Below, in pieces: positions 27,603 through 35,792 of a stretch of DNA of 48,244 nt (position 1 is the first letter of the stretch; each line of letters opens with the position of its first letter). The translations under genes and the position numbers were made by a program. The DNA is from an uncultured Gemmatimonadota bacterium. Lineage in GTDB: Bacteria; Blakebacterota; Blakebacteria; Blakebacterales; Blakebacteraceae. Location of the stretch: contig CAZNUA010000027.1 in the NCBI GenBank assembly GCA_964576115.1, positions 1-48,244 on the forward strand. The letters run 5' to 3'. The notes below the pieces were generated by a model. That model did no database searches, had not been told where the DNA came from, and saw only the letters and a list, made by a program, of their open reading frames with translations.

Positions 27603-28769
27603 GTGGTGGGCAGACGTGCCTTCATCAGTCGTACCGCCCGTGCCGGGGCCGCGCTGTCACTGGCCGGACTGGCTCCCGGCGTCCGTACGGAGTCGCAATC
27701 CTCTCCGGTGCCCCGAGGGGCGGGGCGTGCCCCGCATCCGCTCCGGGTCCTCATTCTGGGCGGGACCGGATTTCTGGGCCCGCACCAGATCGCCGCGGCC
27801 CTCGAGCGCGGACATGCGATCACCACGTTCACGCGCGGGCGTTCAAGCCCGACCGTCCATCTGGATCTGTACCGTGATATCGAGCAGCTCACGGGGGACC
27901 GCGGGAGCGACCTGAGCGCCCTGCAGGGACGGTCCTGGGATGCCGTGATCGACAATTCCGGCTGGCGGGTGGAATGGACCCGGGATTCGGCCCGGCTGCT
28001 GGCTGGGAGTGTCGACCTCTACCTCTATACCTCCTCCACCGGAGTGTACTATCCCTACCTCGGCACCGACATCGATGAAGAGACTCTCCTGGTGCAAAGC
28101 GTGCCCGGGGACATCACCGCCGAGCAGAAGGCCGAATACGATTACGGGGTCATGAAGACCCTTTCGGAGATCGAAGCCCACCGGGCTTTTGGAGAGGACC
28201 GGACGATCGTCGTGCGCCCGACCTACATGATGGGTCCAGGCGACAATACCGATCGTTTCACGTACTGGCCGGTGCGCCTGAGCCGGGGCGGCGAGGTCCT
28301 CGTGCCCGGCCTGGGCAGCGATCCGGTCCAGTATATCGATGCCCGCGATGTCGCCGGCTGGATGATCAGCCTGATCGAAGAACGCCGGACCGGCACCTTC
28401 AATGCCGTCGGCCCCGCTTCGGCGACGGGGATGCACGCTTTCGTCCACGGCGCCCATGCCGCGTTCAGTTCCGCGGTCACCTTCGTTCCGGTGGACGATT
28501 ACACCTTTCTGAGAGAGCATGGCCTCACGGTCGTGGTGCCCTGGATCATGCCGACCGGTGACAATGCCGGCTCGGCCCGCATCAGCAACCGCCGCGCGAT
28601 GGCGAACGGGCTGACCCTGACCCCGCTGGCCGCGAGCGTGCGGGATATTCATGCCTGGTGGCATTCCGGGGCCGTCCAGGAGCAGCGCCGGGCACAGCTC
28701 GAGACGCATCCGGGTTCCCTCATGATGCGGGAAACCGGGATCCTGGCGGCCTGGGCCGGACGTTCGTGA
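27603..28769 (+). CDS. Tat-exported NAD-dependent epimerase/dehydratase (atypical SDR)
   Basis: GRRAFI Tat motif; GGTGFLG, WDAVIDNSG, YGVMK (YxxxK), DRFTYWPVR, QYIDARD. Confidence 0.9.
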   Translation: MVGRRAFISRTARAGAALSLAGLAPGVRTESQSSPVPRGAGRAPHPLRVLILGGTGFLGPHQIAAALERGHAITTFTRGRSSPTVHLDLYRDIEQLTGDRGSDLSALQGRSWDAVIDNSGWRVEWTRDSARLLAGSVDLYLYTSSTGVYYPYLGTDIDEETLLVQSVPGDITAEQKAEYDYGVMKTLSEIEAHRAFGEDRTIVVRPTYMMGPGDNTDRFTYWPVRLSRGGEVLVPGLGSDPVQYIDARDVAGWMISLIEERRTGTFNAVGPASATGMHAFVHGAHAAFSSAVTFVPVDDYTFLREHGLTVVVPWIMPTGDNAGSARISNRRAMANGLTLTPLAASVRDIHAWWHSGAVQEQRRAQLETHPGSLMMRETGILAAWAGRS

Positions 28770-28949
28770 TCGGTTTTTCACCACGCATGCTGCAGATTAC
28801 TCAGAGAGTTGCATGACCTGAGACATTCTGCTTACTATACTATTGGACTTGGTCGGCTGATTTTCCGTATCCGGCTGAAATCAGGAACTCAGCTCCCTTC
28901 GGTACTTCAGTAGGTTCGGTCTATCCATGGTAGCCAGGGGGACCCGCAC

Positions 28950-30095
28950 ATGATCTCACCACAGCTTCCGACTTTGAAGATCGGAGACATCGAAGCTCGG
29001 GTGCCCATCATCCAGGGGGGGATGAGTGTCGGGATATCGCTCTCCGGTCTGGCCTCGGCGGTGGCGAACGAGGGAGCCATCAGCGTCATCGGCGCTGCCG
29101 GCCTGGGGTTGCTCGAAGATGAAAATCCCCTCAATTATCGGCGCTCCAACGAGATCGCCCTCAGACGGGAGATCCGCCGGGCCAGAAGCCTTTCCGACGG
29201 CCTGATCGGGGTCAACATCATGATCGCCCTGTCCGATCACGACAATCTCATCATGACCGCCATTGACGAGGGCGTGGATCTGATCTTCATCGGGGCGGGA
29301 TTGCTGCTCCGGGCTCCCGCAGCCCTCGACATGAACATGGTCCGGGATGCGGCTACCAAGATCATTCCGATCGTCTCCTCGGCCCGCAGTGCCGATATCA
29401 CTTTCAGATTCTGGTCCCGGCACTATGACTTCGTCCCCGACGCGGTCGTCGTCGAGGGCCCGGAAGCCGGCGGGCATATCGGTTACCGTACCGAGGATGT
29501 CGGCAAGCCGGAGTATGCCCTCGAGAACATCCTGACCCGGGTCATCGAGGTGGTTCAGCCCTATCGGGTACGCTATACAACAGAAATTCCGGTCATCGCC
29601 GCCGGTGGTATTTTCAGCGGTGAGGATATCCACCGGGTTCTGCAGCTGGGCGCCGACGGAGTGCAGATGGGAACCCGGTTCGTGGCCACTCACGAATGCG
29701 ACGCCTCTCAGGAATTCAAGGACCTGTACGTGAACAGCACCTCCGAAGATATGGTTCTGATCACCAGTCCGGTCGGAATGCCGGGTCGGGCCATCAGGAA
29801 CCGTTTTCTGGATGATGTTGCCGCGGGCATGAAGGTGCCCTTCCGCTGTCCCTGGAAGTGCTTGCGGACCTGTGATTTCAGGACCAGTCCCTACTGCATC
29901 GCCCGGGCCCTGCTGAATGCCAAGAAGGGGAAGATCGCGCAGGGTTTCGCCTTTGCCGGTGCCAATGCCTACCGGGTGGAAAAGATCATCTCGGTCAGAG
30001 AACTCATCCAGAGCCTGATCGCGGAATACGAAGCGACCGTGAATCGCCTTATTGCTTCCGGCGGCGCCCTGAGCCCGGCCCTGACTCCGGCCTGA
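28950..30095 (+). CDS. Nitronate monooxygenase / FabK-like FMN oxidoreductase
   Basis: PIIQGGM, GVNIM, VVEGPEAGGHIG, PVIAAGGI, GVQMGTRF, SPVGMPGRAI, Cys-containing tail CPWKCLRTC..YCI. Confidence 0.9.
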   Translation: MISPQLPTLKIGDIEARVPIIQGGMSVGISLSGLASAVANEGAISVIGAAGLGLLEDENPLNYRRSNEIALRREIRRARSLSDGLIGVNIMIALSDHDNLIMTAIDEGVDLIFIGAGLLLRAPAALDMNMVRDAATKIIPIVSSARSADITFRFWSRHYDFVPDAVVVEGPEAGGHIGYRTEDVGKPEYALENILTRVIEVVQPYRVRYTTEIPVIAAGGIFSGEDIHRVLQLGADGVQMGTRFVATHECDASQEFKDLYVNSTSEDMVLITSPVGMPGRAIRNRFLDDVAAGMKVPFRCPWKCLRTCDFRTSPYCIARALLNAKKGKIAQGFAFAGANAYRVEKIISVRELIQSLIAEYEATVNRLIASGGALSPALTPA

Positions 30096-30126
30096 ACTCA
30101 TCTCATCTCATCCTGGAGCCTCCATC
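30092..30126 (+). repeat. Direct repeat, left copy (35 bp), overlapping the stop codon of the nitronate monooxygenase gene
   Basis: CTGAACTCATCTCATCTCATCCTGGA-GC-CTCCATC; first 26 bp identical and 33/35 overall to 33685-33719. Confidence 0.9.
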
Positions 30127-30391
30127 TCGAAGTACCCAGTTCGAGACGGCGCCTCGACCTGCACGATATACGTACTCGGTATCGATCTGTGCAGATCGGT
30201 CCCTTCCTTAACGGATCTGTCGCTGCAGGACGTACCCGCACCGGACGTTGCACCTCTTGATTGCAGGCGGGAGATTCTCGCCACCAATAGGCGGAATCGG
30301 TCATACCTATTCATCATGCCGCCCGGGGAGACCTGGTGCATGCTCGTCGTTGCGCCTGGCTGTTTCATAAAATCTCGAACATCCGCCAAAT

Positions 30392-30429
30392 AATGTATAA
30401 CTTTGTTATACAACTTACCGTTATATAAC
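30392..30429. promoter_or_regulatory. AT-rich palindromic operator array upstream of the second ADOP gene
   Basis: Perfect inverted repeat TGTATAAC-TTT-GTTATACA (30394-30412) followed by the palindrome GTTATATAAC (30420-30429). Confidence 0.55.
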
Positions 30430-30538
30430 ACATACCCGCTGTCGGTGCAGACCGAATCCGGATCGGCCCGACGGCGCGACTTCAGTACATCGATGGGACA
30501 GCCTGGAATCATCTCGGGATCAGACAGAGGAGACGGAG

Positions 30539-33280
30539 ATGAGGGATATACACCACGAGAATCAGCCCGAGACTCAACCCGAGAATCAGCCCGATACTCC
30601 ACCTGAAACTCAACCGCCCAAAATCGCCCGTCGCATGCTTCACCTCATTCTCAAGGGCAAGATGCAGAAAGAGTACGAAGTCGTGCTCGATGAATTGTAC
30701 CGGGAAAAGATTCTTCGTCACGGACCATCGAAAACCAGGCTCTGGTACTGCCGCCAGGTGCTCGGGTTCGCGATCCGCTGCTGTACTTTGAGACAGGGTT
30801 CGGTCTCGAGCATGCGCCCGGCGATCGCCGACAGCGTCCGCCCGAATACCATCTCCTCTTTTGACTCGATATCACAGGACGTCCGTCTGAGCATCAGGCG
30901 GTTTCGCCGTGAATCCACGTTCACCATCGCCGTGGCGCTGACGCTCTCAATCGGCATCGGTTCTTCGACAGCCATATTCGGCGTGCTGAGCACGACCATG
31001 ATCAGCCGGATCCCCTACGATGAGGCTGAACGCCTCGTCATCGGCCTTTCGACATACATTGATGCCCCGCCGGATTATTTCAACGGCGTGTCGGGGCTCG
31101 ACTACTTCGACTTCCGGGAATCCAGCAATTCGTTCCAGAACCTGGCGGCGCTCTGGGACGGCTACTCCACTATGATCGTGACCGGGGGGGAGGAAACGTG
31201 GGTTGCACGAACCGGATATGCCACCTGGAACCTGTTCCCCGCTTTGGGTGTTGATCCGGTCGTTGGCAGGAACTTCTTACCGGAGGAAGAGGCGCAAGCC
31301 GAGGCGCGGATGATCCTCATCAGTTACGGGCTGTGGCAAAGCCGTTTCGGGGGCACTCGGGACGTGCTGGGGAGCACGCTCCTCATGAATGGCTCGCCGT
31401 ACACCATTGTCGGCGTTCTGCCGCCAGACTTTCGATTCCTTTGGAATGTAGACGCCTGGCGCCTGGCTGTGCGGCCAGGTGAGAACCGGCGGAACAACAC
31501 CTATTACCTCGTCGGCCGGCTGAAACCGGATGTATCGATAGCTCAGGCTCAGGCGGATGTCGAGACTATCTCACTGGCACTCGAACACGAGTATCCCGAT
31601 AGCAACGAGAAGAAACGGCTGCGGTTGACCAGCCTGCAGCAGTACCTGGGTGCTGACATCCGCGCCGGTCTCATACTGCCGGCCGTCGTAACTGCCTGCC
31701 TGCTGCTTCTCGCGTGTGTGAATGTCGCCGGGTTGATGCTGGTCAGAGGACAACGCCGAACGGCGGAGGTTGCTACGCGCTCGGCGCTCGGTGCATCCAG
31801 GTGGAACATCCTTCGACAACTACTCACTGAAAGCGTTGTCTTCACATTGCCGGCAGGCGTTCTGGGTGTCGGCCTGGCATACCTATTCCAGGAGGTACTG
31901 CTGCAACTGGTTCCGGCCGGCAGGCTCGGCGTGAGCCAGCCCGCCCTGGACGCTCCGGTTCTCCTCTTTGCCCTCATAACGTCGCTAGCGACGGGATTGC
32001 TCGTGGGGATCATACCGGCAATTCGAAGTACGGCCGCTACGCCATCACCCTATCTCCACAACAGTCGGCAGCTTTCAGAGCGACGGAGCAGCATACGCCT
32101 GCGAAGCGGGCTGGTTGCCCTCCAGTTTTCGATCTCAATCGTATTGCTCATCTTCTCGGGTCTGGTCGCGCGAAGTCTCTCGCAGCTCTCGGGAGTGGAT
32201 CTGGGATTCTCTACTGAACAGGTGCTTTCCGCTGCGGTGAGAATCCCTGCCGCCGTCAACCAGGAACGGGAAATGGGGCAGGCGTTTTTCCCGTCCATTC
32301 TTCACCAGATCCGGGCGCTTCCGGGTGTCGAGTCGGCGGGCGCCACGAGCAGGCTGCCGATTTTGAATACCGGGTTGACCCAGAGAATCCGCGCGGCAAG
32401 CCGTCCGCTGTCTGAAGGAGAACATGGCGAATTCACGTACGTGCGATGGATCTCGCCGGGCTATTTCAGCACGATGAACATGCCGCTCCGAAGGGGGCGG
32501 GATATACTCGAGACCGACGGTCATAACGCCCCGGCAGTAGCGGTCATCAGTGAATCACTGGCCGACAAGCTCTTCCCTGATCAAGATCCTGTGGGCCAAC
32601 GGGCTGTTCATATGTCAGGCGGCATCGACCGGGCTGAGGTTGCCCTCGATATCGTCGGTGTTGTCGGCAATGCGTGCGTGAACAGCCCTCGAGTGGATGA
32701 CGATCCGGTACTGTACTTGCCGGCTCTGCAATCCGATCCCACGTGGATGCGTATCGTCGTTCGGGCTCACGGCGACCAGGCTGCGATTTTCGAATCGATT
32801 CGGCACATAGCGCGACGCGCGGAACCGGATGCCCTGGTGAGCGGCATGACTTCTATGGCAGACATTATTGACCGGTCGCTTGCAGATTTCCGGAGAACTG
32901 TACGATACCTGGAGTTGTTCGCCGGCATCGCACTCCTGCTGGCAGCTGTCGGTCTTTCTGGCGCCCTGGCCTACCACGTGAGCCAGCAGGAGCATGAACT
33001 CGGGGTGCGCATGGCCATGGGTGCTACCAGAACGGACATTCTCGGACTGGTTCTCCGGCGTGGAGCCTGGCTCGCTGCCGTCGGGTTGTTCCTCGGCGTG
33101 ATCGGCGCGTATCCGGGAACAATTCTGGTCCGGGATCTTCTGTTCCAGACTATGCCGCTCGATCCGACGACCTATCTGGGCGCATTGCTGGTACTCGGTC
33201 TGGTCGCCACCGCCGCGTGTCTGGTGCCGGCTCGACGAGCCACGCGCGTCGATCCTGCAACGATTCTCAAGAGCGAGTAA
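30539..33280 (+). CDS. ADOP-type duplicated ABC permease with permease-prefix domain 2
   Basis: PPKIARRML..ELYREKILRHGPSKTRLWYCRQV prefix; QDVRLSIRRF, LSIGIGSSTAIF, LLACVNVAGL, EVATRSALGA, ELGVRMAMGA, RRATRVDP. Visibly more A/T-ending codons than the flanking genes. Confidence 0.92.
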   Translation: MRDIHHENQPETQPENQPDTPPETQPPKIARRMLHLILKGKMQKEYEVVLDELYREKILRHGPSKTRLWYCRQVLGFAIRCCTLRQGSVSSMRPAIADSVRPNTISSFDSISQDVRLSIRRFRRESTFTIAVALTLSIGIGSSTAIFGVLSTTMISRIPYDEAERLVIGLSTYIDAPPDYFNGVSGLDYFDFRESSNSFQNLAALWDGYSTMIVTGGEETWVARTGYATWNLFPALGVDPVVGRNFLPEEEAQAEARMILISYGLWQSRFGGTRDVLGSTLLMNGSPYTIVGVLPPDFRFLWNVDAWRLAVRPGENRRNNTYYLVGRLKPDVSIAQAQADVETISLALEHEYPDSNEKKRLRLTSLQQYLGADIRAGLILPAVVTACLLLLACVNVAGLMLVRGQRRTAEVATRSALGASRWNILRQLLTESVVFTLPAGVLGVGLAYLFQEVLLQLVPAGRLGVSQPALDAPVLLFALITSLATGLLVGIIPAIRSTAATPSPYLHNSRQLSERRSSIRLRSGLVALQFSISIVLLIFSGLVARSLSQLSGVDLGFSTEQVLSAAVRIPAAVNQEREMGQAFFPSILHQIRALPGVESAGATSRLPILNTGLTQRIRAASRPLSEGEHGEFTYVRWISPGYFSTMNMPLRRGRDILETDGHNAPAVAVISESLADKLFPDQDPVGQRAVHMSGGIDRAEVALDIVGVVGNACVNSPRVDDDPVLYLPALQSDPTWMRIVVRAHGDQAAIFESIRHIARRAEPDALVSGMTSMADIIDRSLADFRRTVRYLELFAGIALLLAAVGLSGALAYHVSQQEHELGVRMAMGATRTDILGLVLRRGAWLAAVGLFLGVIGAYPGTILVRDLLFQTMPLDPTTYLGALLVLGLVATAACLVPARRATRVDPATILKSE

Positions 33281-33518
33281 CGAACCCGGTACTGTAGCAT
33301 CCCGTTCCTGACCGAATGCGTCTCTCGATAGGAGCGTGCCCGCGCGATGTAGTAGTGTATACTCGTGCCGGTACATCGACGGCACCCTGCCGGTTGCGAG
33401 ACCGCATCAGGCGCAGGGAGATGGAGGCGATCGCCACCGATCACGGTGTCGAGACGCCTCTGACTGGCGAACATACCGTCAGGGGAAGCTCTTTGACCAA
33501 ATGACCGGCGACGGATCG

Positions 33519-33651
33519 GAAGAGGTGCCGCATCATCATGTTGTGTTTACCGTTCCGAAAATGCTGCGGGCTCCGGTCAGCCTGGAGCGGATGCGGTATG
33601 ATGCGCTGGGCTCAACTGATCCGCCGGGTCTGGCTGGAAGATCCGCTGCTG
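33519..33651 (+). pseudogene. Collapsed IS91-family (Y2/HUH) transposase relic
   Basis: Three motifs recalled from IS91-like transposases, in collinear order and fused end to end: EEVPHHHVVFTVPKMLR, APVSLERMRYD and, in a shifted frame (33604-33651), RWAQLIRRVWLEDPLL. Confidence 0.7.
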
Positions 33652-33684
33652 CGCACCGTCCTCAACATGTGATCGGATTTCCGT

Positions 33685-33719
33685 CTGAACTCATCTCATC
33701 TCATCCTGGATGCTCCATC
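33685..33719 (+). repeat. Direct repeat, right copy (35 bp)
   Basis: CTGAACTCATCTCATCTCATCCTGGA-TG-CTCCATC; matches 30092-30126. Confidence 0.9.
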
Positions 33720-33741
33720 CGCAGGCGGGCGCCATGGGCCA

Positions 33742-33769
33742 TTGACAGCCCCTGAAAAGGGCCTAATTT
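33742..33769 (+). promoter_or_regulatory. Sigma70-type stable-RNA promoter TTGACA-N16-TAATTT
   Basis: Ends ~44 nt upstream of tRNA-Ile; same 16-bp spacer as the promoter at 47502. Confidence 0.6.
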
Positions 33770-33812
33770 TGGAGAGGTTGCGGACAGAGACCGGGAAGCG
33801 CCTGATATTCGC

Positions 33813-33891
<79 letters not shown>

Positions 33892-33932
33892 TCCGGTTCC
33901 GCCATGTACCGCCCCCGGCGGCGGGAAGGAAG

Positions 33933-33961
33933 CGGGGAGAAGGGCACCCTTCTCCCCGTTT
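33933..33961 (+). terminator. Intrinsic terminator downstream of tRNA-Ile
   Basis: CGGGGAGAAGG-GCAC-CCTTCTCCCCG followed by TTT. Confidence 0.65.
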
Positions 33962-34040
33962 CACGTTCTGCCCCGCGTTCTCTCTCCGTTCCACGTCCTG
34001 TCCCGCGCTCTCTTCCCCATTTCCGTTCTCTCCCGTTCTC
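33951..34040. repeat. Degenerate pyrimidine-rich 30-bp tandem repeat (x3)
   Basis: Units at 33951-33980, 33981-34010 (25/30 identical to the first) and 34011-34040. Confidence 0.65.
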
Positions 34041-34135
34041 TCTCCCGGGCCGGATGTTCTTTCCTTTATATAGAGGAAGCACGACCCGGATAGGGAGGAA
34101 TCACCATCCGACCGCGGGCCGGGCGCTGTGGGCAG

Positions 34136-34164
34136 TTGACAGGCCAGCCTCGCGGGACTAACGT
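34136..34164 (+). promoter_or_regulatory. Sigma70-type promoter TTGACA-N17-TAACGT
   Basis: Consensus -35 and 17-bp spacer upstream of the symporter gene. Confidence 0.6.
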
Positions 34165-34235
34165 GCCGCGTATTCGGTCGGGGCGGCCGGGCTGCCCGAC
34201 CGCCGGCATCCTACCCTCGACTCGAGAGAGGTCCC

Positions 34236-35693
34236 ATGACGGCTTTTCTGGATCAGGTGCTCTACCACATCACCAACCTGCGCGACTTCCTCTGGGGCAC
34301 GCCCCTCATCATCCTCCTGGTCGGGACCGGCATCCTGCTGACAATCGCCACCCGGGGGATCCAGATTTCCAAACTGATCCAGTCGATCAAGCTGGTCTTC
34401 GGCAAGGAGAGCCGGACCTCGGAAGGGGAAGGGGACATCAGTCCCTTTGCGGCCCTGATGACGGCCCTGGCGGCCACGGTCGGCAACGGGAACATCGCCG
34501 GCGTGGCCACCGCCATCGCCATCGGCGGTCCGGGAGCGCCCTTCTGGATGTGGGTGGCCGGTTTCTTCGGTATGGCCACCAAGTACGCCGAAGGTTTCCT
34601 GGGGGTTCGCTTCCGGCGGGTGGCCGATGACGGCACCATGCTCGGCGGGCCGATGTACTACGCCCAGGATGCCGTGCGTAATCCCAAAATGGGCAGGTTC
34701 CTGGGGATCTTCTTCGCCATCGCCGGCGCCATGACGGCCCTGTTCGGTACCGGCAACATGGCCCAGTCGAACTCGATGGCCCTGGCCTTCAACGACCAGT
34801 TCGGGGTGCCCTTCATCATCACCGCGGTTCTGCTGACCTTCTTCGTCGGTCTGGTCATCATCGGCGGCATCAAGAGGATCGGCGCCTGGACCGAAAAACT
34901 GGTCCCCTTCATGATCGTCTTCTATTTCCTGGGGGCCATCATCATCCTCGTGGCCCGCTTCACGCACATCCCCGAGGCCTTCGCGGTCATCATCAAGTCG
35001 GCTTTCGGAATCAAGGCCGTGGCCGGGGCCATGATGGGGGTCGGCATCCAGCAGGCCCTGAGCCAGGGGGTCTCGAAGGGAGTGCTTTCGAACGAGTCGG
35101 GACTGGGCTCGGCCGCCATCGCCCAGGCCGCCTCCAAGAGCGACGACCCGGCCAAGAACGGTCTGCTGGCTATGACCGGAACCTTTATCGACACCATCGT
35201 CGTGAACACCCTGACCACCCTGAGTATCGTTCTCTCAGGTGCCTATAAGCTCACCGAAGCCTGGGGGGGCGGCACCCTGACCTCGACCGCGCTTACCGCC
35301 GAAGCCTTCGACAGCGTCGTGCCGCTGGGCTGGGTGATTCCGATCGCCTCGCTCCTGTTCGGCTATTCGACCCTGCTGGCGTGGTGTTACTACGGCGAGC
35401 AGTGCTTCAAGTACCTGGTCGGGGTGCAGGTGGCCAAGTGGTACCGCTGGGTCTTCCTGGGGCTGCTCTTCATCGGCGCCCTGCTGCAGGGCGAGCACCT
35501 CTACATCGTCTGGTTCGTCGGCGACACCTTCAACGCCTTCATGGCGATTCCCAACCTGATCGCCCTGATCCTGCTGGCGGGCTATGTCAGGAAATTCACC
35601 GGGGAGTATTTCGCCGACCCCGAAAAGGCTCTGGAGCGTCTGCGCCGGGGTGAGTTCCTGCGGGAGTTCAAGAGGACGCCGCCGGAGAACTGA
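34236..35693 (+). CDS. Alanine/glycine:cation symporter (AGCS, AlsT-like)
   Basis: ISPFAALMTALAATVGNGNIAGVATAIAIGGPGAPFWMW, GGPMYY, SNESGLGSAAIA, FIDTIVV, MAIPNLIAL. Confidence 0.95.
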   Translation: MTAFLDQVLYHITNLRDFLWGTPLIILLVGTGILLTIATRGIQISKLIQSIKLVFGKESRTSEGEGDISPFAALMTALAATVGNGNIAGVATAIAIGGPGAPFWMWVAGFFGMATKYAEGFLGVRFRRVADDGTMLGGPMYYAQDAVRNPKMGRFLGIFFAIAGAMTALFGTGNMAQSNSMALAFNDQFGVPFIITAVLLTFFVGLVIIGGIKRIGAWTEKLVPFMIVFYFLGAIIILVARFTHIPEAFAVIIKSAFGIKAVAGAMMGVGIQQALSQGVSKGVLSNESGLGSAAIAQAASKSDDPAKNGLLAMTGTFIDTIVVNTLTTLSIVLSGAYKLTEAWGGGTLTSTALTAEAFDSVVPLGWVIPIASLLFGYSTLLAWCYYGEQCFKYLVGVQVAKWYRWVFLGLLFIGALLQGEHLYIVWFVGDTFNAFMAIPNLIALILLAGYVRKFTGEYFADPEKALERLRRGEFLREFKRTPPEN

Positions 35694-35730
35694 GCGGGGG
35701 GAGAGAAAGAACGGGCATGAGGACCGCCCG

Positions 35731-35758
35731 CCGGCCGGTCCCGATCGCGACCGGCCGG
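35731..35758. terminator. GC-rich stem-loop after the AGCS gene
   Basis: CCGGCCGGTC-N8-GACCGGCCGG; no U-tract. Confidence 0.35.
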
Positions 35759-35792
35759 AAGTCATGTGAACATCCATACCCGGAAATGAGCA

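Larger units (their letters stand above)
30092..33719. mobile_element. Putative acquired cassette (ADOP permease + IS91-like relic) bounded by direct repeats
   Basis: Flanking 35-bp direct repeats, apparent compositional shift, transposase relic, and position next to tRNA-Ile. Confidence 0.6.

Noticed and set aside
22031-30095. Selenocysteine, pyrrolysine or frameshift recoding in the redox genes
   Set aside because: All ORFs appear complete with normal stops and intact Cys motifs; no interrupted domain seen.
30108-30602. 164-aa minus-strand ORF in the cassette's left spacer
   Set aside because: No recognisable family; it runs through the operator array and the permease start. A short gene or relic at 30108-30318 cannot be excluded.
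33418-33428. GAGATGGAGGC, an 11-bp inverted match to 30118-30128, as possible terminal inverted repeats
   Set aside because: Too short to separate from chance, and it does not extend.
33951-34040. Possible CRISPR array
   Set aside because: Repeats are degenerate and abut without spacers; no cas genes in the window.
34080-34235. Glycine riboswitch upstream of the AGCS symporter
   Set aside because: Conserved aptamer elements (GGAGA..CCGAAG..CTCAGG) not found; the predicted leader is too short for tandem aptamers.
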